Shown here: positions 36,501-45,350 of the stretch, piece after piece | How the letters are laid out: every line of letters begins with the position of its first letter | How positions within the stretch are numbered: position 1 is the first letter of the stretch | Assembly (NCBI GenBank): GCA_012521875.1 | Contig: JAAYLN010000204.1 | Location: 1-57,269, forward strand | Length of the DNA stretch: 57,269 nucleotides | Source: Lentisphaerota bacterium | Lineage (GTDB): Bacteria; Verrucomicrobiota; Kiritimatiellia; RFP12; JAAYLN01 | Reading direction: 5' to 3' | Program-made: the position numbers and the translations under genes | The notes under the pieces: generated by a model | Database searches by the model: none | What the model was told of the DNA's origin: nothing | What the model saw: only the letters and a program-made list of their open reading frames with translations

Positions 36501-37084
36501 AGGCTCAGGAACTGCTGCGCGACGCCAAGGCCCTCCTCGCCGGCCTGCCGCTGGCGGACGGCGCGACGCTCGCCGTCCATGGCGTCTCCGGCATCTTTCC
36601 CGCCTGGGCGGAGGACGAGACCATTTTCGCCAAGGTAGATGGTACCGAGGTGGCCTTGCCGGTGGCGCGCGATCTGTCGGAAACGGGAGCGGGCTACAGC
36701 CTGGCCGACCACCTGCCGCCGAAGGACGCGCCTGCGCACGGCTGGATCGGGATGCAGGCGGTCAATGCCGGCTCGGGTCTGGATGCGGTGGTCGAGGCGC
36801 TGGGAGAGTCGCGCGGCGGCTACCTTGCGATTCTCGCGGCGGTACTGGCCAACTGCCTGGCCGAGGCCGGCGCCGAGTGGCTGCACCGCGAGACCGTCGG
36901 GAGCTACTGGGGCGGCGAAGGGCTGGGCAAGCGCCCCGCGCCCGGCTACCCCGCCTGCCCCGACCATGCGCTCAAGCGCGCGATCTTCGATGCCCTCGGC
37001 GCCGAGAGCGCCATCAACGCCCGCCTTACCAGTTCCCACATGATCGTCCCCGAAGCCGCCACCTGCTGCTTCATCATCCGCTGA
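33584..37084 (+). CDS. metH: Cobalamin-dependent methionine synthase
   Basis: Homocysteine-binding, pterin-binding, B12-binding (GDVHDIGKNIV, DxHxxG) and AdoMet-activation domains, in order. ATG at 33584. Confidence 0.95.
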   Translation: MSAHPLHTLAASRVLVLDGAMGTMLQRLGLPEEAFHAPGIPENIAQKGNNDVLCLSRPDAIAAIHRQYLEAGADLVSTNTFNANAISQHEYGTEALVYDISKAGAAIARREADAFSTPERPRFVCGSIGPTGKSASLPPDADDPAHRDIRFRELAEAYRTQIRGLLDGGADVLLVETVFDALNAKAALYAAAVESGTRGTVAPVIVSASLASADRLLTGQTVEAFCTAVAHAPGLLAIGLNCGFGAAQLAPVLRRLKAVAPCHVSAHPNAGLPDAFGNYTQTPAQMRRELDPLLRDGVLAIVGGCCGTTPDHIRAIAGAVRAINTPPHAPQPPSAAAFSGLERLAIPSGPHALVEVGERTNVAGSRRFLRLIKEEDHAQAVEVARAQVVAGAAIIDVNMDDPLLDAPAAMRGFLNRCAAEPTLADVPVMVDSSNWETLVAGLECLQGRGIVNSISLKDGEETFLGHAREIHRLGACPLVMCFDEKGQADTLERRCEIAVRSYRLLVAAGIPPAEIIIDANVFAIATGIAGHDRLALDFIEAVRWIKANLPGALTSGGISNVSFAFRGNNTLREWIHSVFLHHAVAAGLDMAIVNPAAMVAYDEIPAESRRVVEDAVLCRTPDAAARLAELAVATMATAPAAAPAAKGGTEKSAPPQERLKSAVATGSAAGLAAAVTEAIEELRQAGRGDADAALALLEGPLMDGLAVVGEAFGAGRLFLPQVLKSAQVMKQASALLEPFMAAGSSGAGTAAARKPKMLIATVKGDVHDIGKNIVATVMRCNGWDVADLGVMVERERILAHARKHNVDVVGLSGLITPSLDEMVRVAQVFEEAGLDIPLVVGGAAVSELHTAVKIAPAYSGIVACGGDASSMPGLCASLLPGPGRRVATAAHAARHEELRQQYDRSRQPRISLGTARQRAAAAGRPAPCLTVPRDPAVHVFRDIPHAELGPLIPWAMLLGSFGFRSAAEKRTPEAQELLRDAKALLAGLPLADGATLAVHGVSGIFPAWAEDETIFAKVDGTEVALPVARDLSETGAGYSLADHLPPKDAPAHGWIGMQAVNAGSGLDAVVEALGESRGGYLAILAAVLANCLAEAGAEWLHRETVGSYWGGEGLGKRPAPGYPACPDHALKRAIFDALGAESAINARLTSSHMIVPEAATCCFIIR

Positions 37085-37139
37085 TGGTCGCCGGTCGCCA
37101 GTTGGAACAGGCCAGAGACGCCACTTTGTCCTCGCTGCA

Positions 37140-37275
37140 TTAATTTGACAGGATTTCCTGCTTCGCAGGCGCATATTAACATGATTAACATGATTTTCAG
37201 GATTTTTTTGGCCGCTACGCGGCAGGATTTAGCTACGGATTGCGCGGATTGGTGTAGGGTGTCTCAGACTAGTCG
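37140..37275. repeat. Element C, inverted copy of 6661-6812
   Basis: GACAGGATTTCCTG...ATTTTCAGGATTTTTTTGGCCGCTACGCGGCAGGATTTAGCTACGGATTGCGCGGATTGG is the reverse complement, with indels, of the copy near 6690-6775. Confidence 0.75.
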
Positions 37276-37286
37276 GGTCAGAGCCC

Positions 37287-37461
37287 CACTTTGTCGGTAA
37301 CTTTGTCGAAAGCAAAAGATGAAGCGGATGGATTAAGTGTGCCGATTAAGAACGAGCTTAAGTGAGGGGCTTAAGTATGTGCTTCGCACTTACACCTTGT
37401 CCCCGCACCTTGTCTCTTTACGCTTCGTCTCCGCACTTTGTCCCTACGCTTTGTCGAAAGC
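37287..37461 (+). repeat. TTAAG/CTTTGTC composite element, copy T6
   Basis: CACTTTGTCGGTAACTTTGTCGAAAGC. TTAAG module at 37313-37377. GTGCTTCGCAC hairpin. Array to GCTTTGTCGAAAGC. Confidence 0.85.
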
Positions 37462-37483
37462 GAAAGCGAAAGAGCAAGCGAAT

Positions 37484-37576
37484 GTTCCGGCCTCCCGTTC
37501 GCTTCGGATGCGCTTTGGAGCCCGCGGTCTCCGCGGTGTATTGATGCGGCGCATGATTGGCGAACGTTACCGCCGG
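37484..37576 (-). repeat. Element B, 3' half only (reverse)
   Basis: GTTCCGGCCTCCCGTTCGCTTCGGATGCGCTTTGGAGCCCGCGGTCTCCGCGGTGTATTGATGCGGCGCATGATTGGCGAACG. Confidence 0.75.
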
Positions 37577-38085
37577 AGATTCGCAAAGCAGGCACTTCAC
37601 CGCTAGAACGCCAAGAGCGCCAAGATAGGTAACCGCTAATGGACGAATCTACGCGAATCGCCCGGGCCTTTGCCATGGCACTGGATGGGAATATTGACTG
37701 CGCGCGGCTCCGCGCGCTTTCTTCTCGCCGCCTGCGGCAGGCAAAACCAGCGTCCTAATGAATGGCGGCCTATCCCGCCATTGCCACCCGTACCGAACCA
37801 CCCCGCCCGCTGTCCCAGCGCAAGCTCACGGTACAGCAACCGGAAGGTGCGGCAAGCGGGACGCTTGCCCCAGTGATGGAGCGTGGAGCCAAGCTTTTCG
37901 AAAGAATCGAAAGAGTCGATGGATTCGCGTGATTCGATTCGCTCGATTCTTTCGACTCTCTCGATTCCTTCGACCGCCCCCGCCTCGCCACACCGTCGGT
38001 GCTGTCGCTTGCAAGCCCCGATTGTCGTCGCCTGTCGTTGAGTTTTGGAGTAAGCGGGTGGAGTAAGACAAGCGTTCACGCACCC

Positions 38086-39222
38086 TTACACCCTCTTTCG
38101 AAGCCAAAGTCCGAAGAAGCGGTCGTAGACAAAATATTTTCCCGACTCGCCCTTCAAAACGAGCGCCTTGTTCTCAAGCGCTTTCAAGGCCTGTCGAACG
38201 CTGCTTGCAGCCCCCAGGCGATGTTTGGCGAGGAAAGAGCCTTTAAACGGTTCCGCGACCCCGCGTTCGACCGCCAGCGCTTTCAAAACGGCCAGTTGGC
38301 CGCGAGGCAGCATTTCGCAGAAGGCCTTGTAGGTTGCGTCTTCACATGCAATCGCCGCGTCTATGGCTTCCTGCGCGTCGCTGACCGCAGTGGTTTTCCG
38401 TCCCGAGGCAAAAATCCGGTTCAACGCCATTTGGACATACCACGTATGGCCGGAGAGTTCGTTGTAGATCCAGTCGAATGCCTCAGGCTCGAGAACCCGG
38501 TTTGCCTTGGCAAAGAGACCGGTGGCAAACGTTCGGTAGGGCTCAAGCTGGATTTCCCCGAGCGCGATTTTCTGGGTGCTCTGGTAAAACGGGCGTTTCG
38601 CAGACGAAAACATTTCCTCCATCAAATGCTTCTTGCTTCCTGAAAAGACAAGGCCGGCGTTTGGAAGGAACTGCGCGTGGGATCTCAGATCCGCTTCGAC
38701 CCCCTTGTCGGGATATTCCAGGATTTGCTGAAACTCGTCGATGGCGATGACACACCGCTTCCCCGATTCCCGGATGTAGTCAAAGACTTCGGAAAGGCTC
38801 CGCCTTGTCTCGGATGGCTTGATGTCAAACGAAAGCGTTGGCGCGCCGGTCTGGGAATCAAATGAGAACGTCGGGCGAAAGCTCTTGAAGAAAGAGCCGA
38901 TGCGACGGAGCGCGGCTTCGGAATGGTCGTCGAGCCGCCCGACAACCGCCCGCGCCAGCATGGTCGTGAAGTCGTGCAGGTTCTGGGTTGAGAAGATGTC
39001 GATGTAAAAGCGGCATCGCACCGAAGGGATCGTGGCGTCGAGGCGGTTGAAAAGATGGAGAATCAGTCCCGTCTTCCCCATGCGGCGCGGGCTGACGAGG
39101 CAGACGTTGCGCCCGTTGGCAAGAGCCGAAGCGAGTTCTTCCGTCTCCTTTTCACGATCGCAGAAATAATCGGGGCCTTGGTAGCCGGAAACGAGAAATG
39201 GATTGGCGGGTTTTGCTTTCAT
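38086..39222 (-). CDS. ATP-binding protein, Arch-ATPase/DUF234-like (AAA+ plus C-terminal wHTH-like region)
   Basis: ATG at 39222. FCDREKETEEL..VCLVSPRRMGKTGLI (Walker A). VIAIDEFQ (Walker B). Confidence 0.8.
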   Translation of the reverse strand: MKAKPANPFLVSGYQGPDYFCDREKETEELASALANGRNVCLVSPRRMGKTGLILHLFNRLDATIPSVRCRFYIDIFSTQNLHDFTTMLARAVVGRLDDHSEAALRRIGSFFKSFRPTFSFDSQTGAPTLSFDIKPSETRRSLSEVFDYIRESGKRCVIAIDEFQQILEYPDKGVEADLRSHAQFLPNAGLVFSGSKKHLMEEMFSSAKRPFYQSTQKIALGEIQLEPYRTFATGLFAKANRVLEPEAFDWIYNELSGHTWYVQMALNRIFASGRKTTAVSDAQEAIDAAIACEDATYKAFCEMLPRGQLAVLKALAVERGVAEPFKGSFLAKHRLGAASSVRQALKALENKALVLKGESGKYFVYDRFFGLWLRKRV

Positions 39223-39829
39223 GGAGACGAAGCCTACCAAATTACATAAAACATGTAACGCAAATTGTGTAATGAGAGCGTAATCGGTCAGTCGCCGGGG
39301 GCTAGTCGCTAGTGCCGAATCGGGCATGTTGATGCCGGGCGGATTGACCCCACCGCCACGATCTCGGCCAGCGGGAAGTCGGGGCCGTTAGCGTTATCGG
39401 CATAGGTTGTGTGATGGAATTCCATCGCCGTTCTACGTCTTCAGATCAGGGAAGAGGGACCTGGGTTATCTCAAAAGCGCATCCACTGGTCCCCTGTGTC
39501 ACGTCGCAAGCTGGCAGTCATTGTACTGTACAAATGCATGGCTTGCAATCACGTCTTCGGAACCCTTCATACCTGGAGACGCCCGTGGCGGGTGCTATGT
39601 TTGAGCACCTCGAAATTATTTGCCACAGTTTGGCCGGCGCCTGTACCGAACCACCCCGCCCGCCGCCCCGGCACAAGCTGACGGTACGGGCACTGATTTG
39701 AACCGCCAAGACGCCAAGAGCGCAAAGAAAATTTGTAATTTTCGATTTGTGATTTGTGATTGGTTGTGCTTCGCTCAAGACGCCTGGAGCGCAAAGCATA
39801 TAAGCCATATTATGACTAGCCGCCACGGC

Positions 39830-39987
39830 CGGAGTACCGCCTTCAGGCGGAAGTGGTTCAGGGGCTTCAGCCCCTGAACCATGACCCCTTTTTTTCAAGC
39901 AAAAAAGGGCTTCGCGGGCCTGAAGGCCCTTGTTGACTTCCGGCTGAAGCCGGTACTCCGACGCGACTGAGACCCCCACGCAGGGGG
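39830..39987. other. Cluster of six hairpins closed by a 10-bp long-range stem; contains opposing stem plus T-run terminator-like units
   Basis: CGGAGTACCG (39830-39839) pairs with CGGTACTCCG (39951-39960). Inner stems are GGTTCAGGGGC-ttca-GCCCCTGAACC, CCCTTTTTT-..-AAAAAAGGG, GGGCC-tgaa-GGCCC, CCGGC-tgaa-GCCGG and CCCCC-acgca-GGGGG. Confidence 0.6.
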
Positions 39988-40069
39988 CTGTACCGCGTGA
40001 TTTGCCAAGACCGTGCCGCAAATTACGTACCGTGCCATGTCATCGGAATGCAACGGCATTTCCCTGGCA

Positions 40070-40156
40070 CTATGTCCCGCCCCTTCAGGGCTAGTCGTTA
40101 TTTTGCCTATTCCCCAGGGCGTTGCCCTGGGCTGGCATATCGCGCCCTTTCAGGGC
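40070..40156 (+). repeat. Element E (CCCAGGGC-gtt-GCCCTGGG hairpin flanked by CTTCAGGGC motifs)
   Basis: Inverted copy at 50013-50100. An internally deleted copy lies at 51205-51226. Confidence 0.8.
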
Positions 40157-40246
40157 GCAGGGGCGTTTTTTTGGATGGACCATTATTGCGACCACTCAGT
40201 GGCTCGCAATTTAGAGGGTAAAAGCGCTGCGCTGCCCTTGCGCTGC

Positions 40247-40825
40247 GAAAGATTAAGCGGGTGAAGTAAGCGTGCCGATTAAGAGTGAGATTAAGAGTGG
40301 GTTTAAGTGGGTGCTTCGCACTTACACCTTGTCCCCGCACCTTGTCTCCACGCTTTGTCGGATACGCTTCGTCTCCACACTTCGTCCCCACGCCTTGTCG
40401 GATACGCTTCGTCTCCACACTTCGTCCCTACGCTTTGTCGAAAGCGGCGGGTGGGAGAAGACCGTTTGCGAAACAACCCAGTTGTATCGCAGAAGAGGGT
40501 AAAAGGGTGGGGAGCGCGCTTATCCCTGGTCTTGGCCTTCCGTTCACTTCGGATGCGCTTTGGAGCCCGCGGTCTCCGCGGTGTACTGGGGAGCGCATGG
40601 GGTGGCGAACGTTTCCGCCGAGGACGGCGGGCACCAGCGTTCCGGCCTTCCCCGTTCGCCCAGTCCTCGTCTGTACTGACAGCCTCCTGCACCGCACGCG
40701 TTCGCATAGTAGACGCGGCGTTCTGCGCGCAGGTCTCCCGTCCCCGTCCCTGTCCCCTGTCTCCTGTCCCCCGCCCGTACCGAACCACCCCGCCCGCCGT
40801 CCCGGCACAAGCTGACGGTACAGCG
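40247..40825 (+). repeat. About 580-bp composite X1: TTAAG/CTTTGTC copy T7 + GCGAAACAAC hairpin module + long Element B (reverse)
   Basis: Co-linear by eye with the reverse complement of 50423-51012. T7 carries an internal 40-bp tandem duplication (40353-40392 / 40393-40432). Confidence 0.85.
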
Positions 40826-40868
40826 AACCGGAGGGGTGACTGTGGCGGGGGTGGCTCAGACTAGGGAT

Positions 40869-42014
40869 TCAGGGTTTTCTTGCCGCATGGTCAACGGGCT
40901 GGAAGAAGGTGTGTTCGTCGGGCTCGCCTGCGGTGAGCACGCTGAATTCGGGTATGGTGTAGCGGTCTCCCGCGAGTTTCTGCAGCTCCCGGTAGCTTGC
41001 GCGGGCGCCTTCGGTGTCGCCGCTTTCCGACTGCCGCAGGATGGCGATGGCCAGGAAGCGCGCCATGAGGCTGGTCTCGTTGTCGTAGAGACGCACGGTT
41101 TCGCGCAGGAAGCGCGTGGTGGCCGGGATCAGGGCGAGGTTGGGCGCCGTCGTATAGCGGCCGGCCGCGAGATCGCCCGTGAAGCTGCCGCGCTCGATGA
41201 GCGCGAAGAGGTTCTGGTGGATCATGCGGCGCAGGGCCTGGTGCTCGAAGCCGCTGGCATGGGGCAGTCCGGCGGCGGCCCAGTAGATGCCGTGGCTCTC
41301 GGGCAGGCGCCAGTCGAGCGGCGCGAGCTTTTCGCCGATGGTGTGCATCAGGGTGCTATCGAGCCGGTATTCGTGCAGCAGGCGTTCGGCATCCCGGCTG
41401 CCGGCGGCGGGGGGCGCGCCACCGGGGCCGAGCATGGGGGCCATCTCCAGGGCGAGTGCCAGCTTGTAGTGCTGGTGCGCGGGATCCATGGCGTCGCCGA
41501 TCTTGTTCTGGTAGAGCCACCCCAGCTCGCGGTAGAGGCGCGCGTCGGCGGGGTTGGCGGGGATGGCGCGGTCGCGCAGCAGCGCGACGCCGGCCTGCAC
41601 CCAGGTGATGCGGTCCTCGTGGCGCGGCATCATGGCGCTGATGTTGTAGGCCAGGTTCCAACTGTTGAAGACCCAGGCGTCGGTGGCGCGCGGATCGAGG
41701 GCGGTGATCCAGTCGGCCAGTTGCACCTGCTCGAAGTAGCGTCCCTGCTCCTGCAGCCGGCCGGCGCGCATCCAGAGCGCTTCCGCGACAACGCCGCGGA
41801 AACCCCCGAGGCCGATCATGACATACTGCACCCAGAGCGGCTGTCCCTCGGTGGCGTGCGCCGCCGGCGCGAGCCGACGCAGGCGCGCCTCGCGCAGGGC
41901 GGTCTCGAGCGGGAGCGCCACCGCCAGGGCCGCCGCGAGGCAGACGAGGGGCCAGGCCGCGCGCCAGCGGGCTAACGGGGGACGGCGGAGGGGCCTTGGC
42001 GACGGCATGCTCAT
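40869..42014 (-). CDS. Membrane-anchored hypothetical protein (381 aa), helical-repeat-like; last gene of the ABC cluster
   Basis: ATGA overlap with the upstream permease stop. N-terminal anchor WRAAWPLVCLAAALAVAL. Helix-rich body (..ARLYRELGWLYQNKIGD..). Confidence 0.65.
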   Translation of the reverse strand: MSMPSPRPLRRPPLARWRAAWPLVCLAAALAVALPLETALREARLRRLAPAAHATEGQPLWVQYVMIGLGGFRGVVAEALWMRAGRLQEQGRYFEQVQLADWITALDPRATDAWVFNSWNLAYNISAMMPRHEDRITWVQAGVALLRDRAIPANPADARLYRELGWLYQNKIGDAMDPAHQHYKLALALEMAPMLGPGGAPPAAGSRDAERLLHEYRLDSTLMHTIGEKLAPLDWRLPESHGIYWAAAGLPHASGFEHQALRRMIHQNLFALIERGSFTGDLAAGRYTTAPNLALIPATTRFLRETVRLYDNETSLMARFLAIAILRQSESGDTEGARASYRELQKLAGDRYTIPEFSVLTAGEPDEHTFFQPVDHAARKP

Positions 42015-43351
42015 GCGGCCAGCTCCCGCCGCCGCAGGGCGGCGGCCGCCAGCAGGCCGCAACCGGCCGGCAGCAGCAGGGCGTTGACGAGCAGCGAGCG
42101 CCGCAGCTCGCGCAGCGGTATCAGCTCGGCGGCCACCAACTGCTGCAGCGGGGCCGGCTCGACGGCCGGTGCCGTCAGGCGCATGATCGTCCGCGTGGTT
42201 CCCGCCGCCACGGTGGTGACAAGCTGCTGTACCGGGCCATGTTCCCCTTCCTCGAAATCGGCGAACGCATCCGGATCGCCGGCGACGAAGAGGCTGATCA
42301 GGGTGGCGAGCACGATGCCCGTGGCGCAGAAGGCGGCCACGGGAAGCGAGAAGAGGGCGCCCAGCGAGAGGCCGAGGGCGGCGACCAGGGCCAGCAGGGA
42401 GAACTGCACCACGGCGGCGCGCAGCATGTTGCGGGCGAGCGGCACGCGCGGTACGAGCAGGTCGAGCCCCTGCCGGGGCTGCAGCATCAGCGGGCCGGTC
42501 GACTCGTCGCCGGTGTGCCGCATGGAGAGGGTGAAGCGCGTGTCGCCGCCGAAGGTGGCGGCGTCGAGCGGCACCTCGAAGCGGCGCGTCGAGAAGTCGT
42601 CGAGATCGAAGGCGACGTGGGTGCCGCCGGGGGTGCCGGTCAGGCGGCACTCGGCCTTGACGATGGCGCGCGTATAGGCGTCGGTATCGAACTGGAAGCG
42701 CAGCCAGAGCGGCTGCCGCGGATCCGGCGGGGTGCCGGTCGAGAAGTGCCAGCTCCACTGCTGCCCGCGCTCGAGGGCGGCCGGCTGGAAGGGCAGCTCG
42801 CGGCGCAGGCGGCGGCGCAGCTCGCGCTGCTCGGCGGCTTCGAGGGTGTCGCCGCCGACCTGCTTGAAGACCTCGCTAATCTGGCGTTCGAGGGGGGGCA
42901 GGTCGGGCTTGATCTTCTGGCGGGCGGTGCGCAGGTGGCTGGTCGCAGCGGGCGCCTGCCGCATCTGGTGGCAGACGGCGAGTCCGGTGGCGGCATAGAT
43001 GCCGGCCAGGAAGAGCAGATCCAGCAGCAGCAGGCCGAGCCACTTGCCGAGCCAGAGGCGCCAGGTGGAGACGGGCTTGACGCGGGTGAGCTCGAGTGTG
43101 CGCGTGGTGATGTCGCCCGAGATCAGCGCGCAGCCGGTCCAGAGCGTGGCGAGCAGCAGGAGCCCGAAGGCCGTGCCGAGGGTGTAGCCGAGCGTCATGC
43201 GCACGAGTCCGGCCGGTGTGCCGTCGCCCTTCAGGAGCGCCGGCAGCCCGAAGACGACCGCCGCGAGCAGCAGTCCGAAGCTGATGACGATCCGCGAGCG
43301 CAGCGCCTCGCGGAGGGTCAGGCGGGCAATGGCCGGGACGGCACGGTTCAC
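42011..43351 (-). CDS. ABC-2-type membrane protein with a large extracytoplasmic loop
   Basis: Multiple TM segments at both ends (IVISFGLLLAAVVFGLPALL, LGLLLLDLLFLAGIYAATGL, VVQFSLLALVAALGLSLGALF). A 4-nt overlap with the upstream ATPase gene. Confidence 0.65.
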   Translation of the reverse strand: MNRAVPAIARLTLREALRSRIVISFGLLLAAVVFGLPALLKGDGTPAGLVRMTLGYTLGTAFGLLLLATLWTGCALISGDITTRTLELTRVKPVSTWRLWLGKWLGLLLLDLLFLAGIYAATGLAVCHQMRQAPAATSHLRTARQKIKPDLPPLERQISEVFKQVGGDTLEAAEQRELRRRLRRELPFQPAALERGQQWSWHFSTGTPPDPRQPLWLRFQFDTDAYTRAIVKAECRLTGTPGGTHVAFDLDDFSTRRFEVPLDAATFGGDTRFTLSMRHTGDESTGPLMLQPRQGLDLLVPRVPLARNMLRAAVVQFSLLALVAALGLSLGALFSLPVAAFCATGIVLATLISLFVAGDPDAFADFEEGEHGPVQQLVTTVAAGTTRTIMRLTAPAVEPAPLQQLVAAELIPLRELRRSLLVNALLLPAGCGLLAAAALRRRELAA

Positions 43352-44280
43352 GGGGCCGCTCCAGTGCCGGCATCATCGCCGAGCAGGAAGGGGGCCGCCG
43401 GCATGCCTTGCGGCTCCGCACCGGCGGCATCGGCAGCCGCGACCACCTGCAGGAAGAAGGTCTCGAGGCTTATGCGGGGGTGGGTGCAGGTGACAGGGCG
43501 GTTGGTGCGGCGGGAGAGCTCGCTGCGCAGCTCCTCGATCTGGGCGGGGGTGAGTCCCTCGAGCGTCAGGCTGACGGCGTCGGGCTGCTGCAGCAGCTCT
43601 TCCACGCGTCCCTCGGCGCGCACCTGCCCCTCGCAGAGGATGGCGATACGGTCGCAGATGTCCTCGACATCGGCCAGCAGGTGCGAGGTCATGAGGACGG
43701 TCTTGCCCGCGGCGGCCAGGCGGCGCACCCACTCCTTGACCTCGTGGCAGGCCACGGGGTCGAGCCCCGAGGTGGGCTCGTCGAGTATGAGCAGGTCGGG
43801 GTTGTTGATCAGCGCCTGCGCGAGTCCCACGCGCCGCGCCATGCCCTTCGAGAACTCGCCTACCGGGCGGTGTGCCGCGTCCCCGAGGCCGACCATGCGC
43901 AGCAGGGCCTCGGTACGGGCGCGGGTGGCGGGGCCGTCGAGCCCGAAGAGGCCGGCGTAGTAGTGGAGGGTCTCGACGGGGGTCAGGAACTTGTGGAGGC
44001 AGGTGACCTCGGGCAGGTAGCCGATGCGGGCCTTGGTGGCGGTATCGCGGGGATCGGCACCCAGCACGCGGATCGTGCCGGCGGTGGGGCGCAGCAGGCC
44101 CAGCAGCACCTTGATCGTGGTGCTCTTGCCGGAGCCGTTGGGCCCGAGCAGCCCGAAGACCTCGCCCTGGCCGACCGTCAGATCGAGGCCGCGCACGGCC
44201 CTGGCGGTCGGGCGGCGCCAGAAGTCGCGGAAGGTCTTGTGCAGGCCGCGGATTTCGATGATCGGTTCAGAAGTCTTCAT
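43348..44280 (-). CDS. ABC transporter ATP-binding protein
   Basis: Walker A GPNGSGKST. Signature-like FSKGMARRVGLAQAL. Walker B LLILDEPTSGLD. H-loop TSHLL. Confidence 0.9.
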   Translation of the reverse strand: MKTSEPIIEIRGLHKTFRDFWRRPTARAVRGLDLTVGQGEVFGLLGPNGSGKSTTIKVLLGLLRPTAGTIRVLGADPRDTATKARIGYLPEVTCLHKFLTPVETLHYYAGLFGLDGPATRARTEALLRMVGLGDAAHRPVGEFSKGMARRVGLAQALINNPDLLILDEPTSGLDPVACHEVKEWVRRLAAAGKTVLMTSHLLADVEDICDRIAILCEGQVRAEGRVEELLQQPDAVSLTLEGLTPAQIEELRSELSRRTNRPVTCTHPRISLETFFLQVVAAADAAGAEPQGMPAAPFLLGDDAGTGAAP

Positions 44281-44283
44281 GTC

Positions 44284-45306
44284 TCAGAAGATATCGCATT
44301 TGCGGAAGGCCAGCACGCCGAGGGAGAGCATCACGAGGCACCAGGCCGCAGCGCAGACGCAGGCGCCGGCCACATAGGCGGGGGAGACGGTGCCGCCGCC
44401 GGTCAGGGCATCGCAGAGCCAGAAGGACTGGACGTTGGGGAGCAGGCGGGCGGCCAGACGGACGGGGAACGGGTTGGCCGGGTTAAGGAGCGGATCAACC
44501 GCCAGTCCGAGGGCCAGCAGCAGGCCGCTGATGATGAGCGTGGGGCCGCTGCCCAGGCGGGTCGAGAGCGCCGTGGCCAGCGCGGCGAAGGGCATCAGCA
44601 CGGCGAGGATCAGCAGCGAGACCGGCACGATGCGCAGGTCGAGGTTGGCCGGCGAGGGGTTCCAGGCGCCGTGGCGGTCGAAGGCCAGGGCCGCCAGCAG
44701 GCCGAGGGTCAGGAGCGCCAGCAGGCCGCGCTGGGCCGCGATGCAGAAGCGCACGCGGCGCCGGTTGTCGAGGACGGCGGCTATGGCCAGGGCAACGGGC
44801 GCGACCAGCAGAAGGAAGACCTGTGCCCGGATATCGGTGGTGCCGACGGGCTCCGGGGCGTCCGGCGGGATGCGGTAGGCGACGCGCTCGGCCAGCAGCA
44901 TGGCGGCCAGCAGCGCGTACCAGAAGCGGAGCAGCATGCGCGCCACGCCGAGGAACTTGCCGATGACGAAGGCGTCGCGGGGCAGGGGCTTGCTGAGCGC
45001 CGCCGAGGCCGTGCCGCTGGCGATCTCGCGGCGTATGGCGGCGGAGGCGGTCACGACGGCCAGCGCCAGGCCGAGGGTAAGCTGGTAGGCCAGGGCACCG
45101 TCGCGCGCCAGGCGGCCGGGCTCGCCGAATTCGTGGAACTGCAGCAGCGGGATGAGCGCGGTGGCGACGACCCCGGCGAGCGTCAGCAGCAGCACGGCGG
45201 GCTGCTGCATGCTCTCGACGAGCGTGGTTTGCGCCAGGGCGGCCAGCGGGCGCAGTCGTGAGACGCGCGCGGTTGAAGACCGGTTTTGAGGCGCAGCAGG
45301 GTTCAT
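44284..45306 (-). CDS. ABC-2-type permease-like membrane protein
   Basis: 340 aa with 6 or more hydrophobic segments, immediately upstream of the ATPase gene. Confidence 0.65.
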   Translation of the reverse strand: MNPAAPQNRSSTARVSRLRPLAALAQTTLVESMQQPAVLLLTLAGVVATALIPLLQFHEFGEPGRLARDGALAYQLTLGLALAVVTASAAIRREIASGTASAALSKPLPRDAFVIGKFLGVARMLLRFWYALLAAMLLAERVAYRIPPDAPEPVGTTDIRAQVFLLLVAPVALAIAAVLDNRRRVRFCIAAQRGLLALLTLGLLAALAFDRHGAWNPSPANLDLRIVPVSLLILAVLMPFAALATALSTRLGSGPTLIISGLLLALGLAVDPLLNPANPFPVRLAARLLPNVQSFWLCDALTGGGTVSPAYVAGACVCAAAWCLVMLSLGVLAFRKCDIF

Positions 45307-45350
45307 CTCACACGGACGTTGATATAGGAGATGGCGTCGTATTGCATGGT

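Noticed and set aside
34043-37174. 1043-aa minus-strand ORF antisense to metH. Likewise 24661-26811 (+) over glgB, 26822-28171 (+) over glgA, 28484-30667 (+), 41996-43960 (+), 43408-45261 (+), 45258-46553 (+) and 48330-49709 (+).
   Set aside because: All lie opposite genes with unmistakable conserved motifs and have Arg/Gly/Asp/Ala-biased, motif-free translations. They are shadow ORFs.
39407-39701. Small ORFs (65 and 96 aa) in the lower-GC stretch upstream of the Arch-ATPase-like gene
   Set aside because: Cys/Ser/Pro-rich translations without hydrophobic or motif structure. One runs into an Element B hairpin module. No ribosome-binding site is evident.
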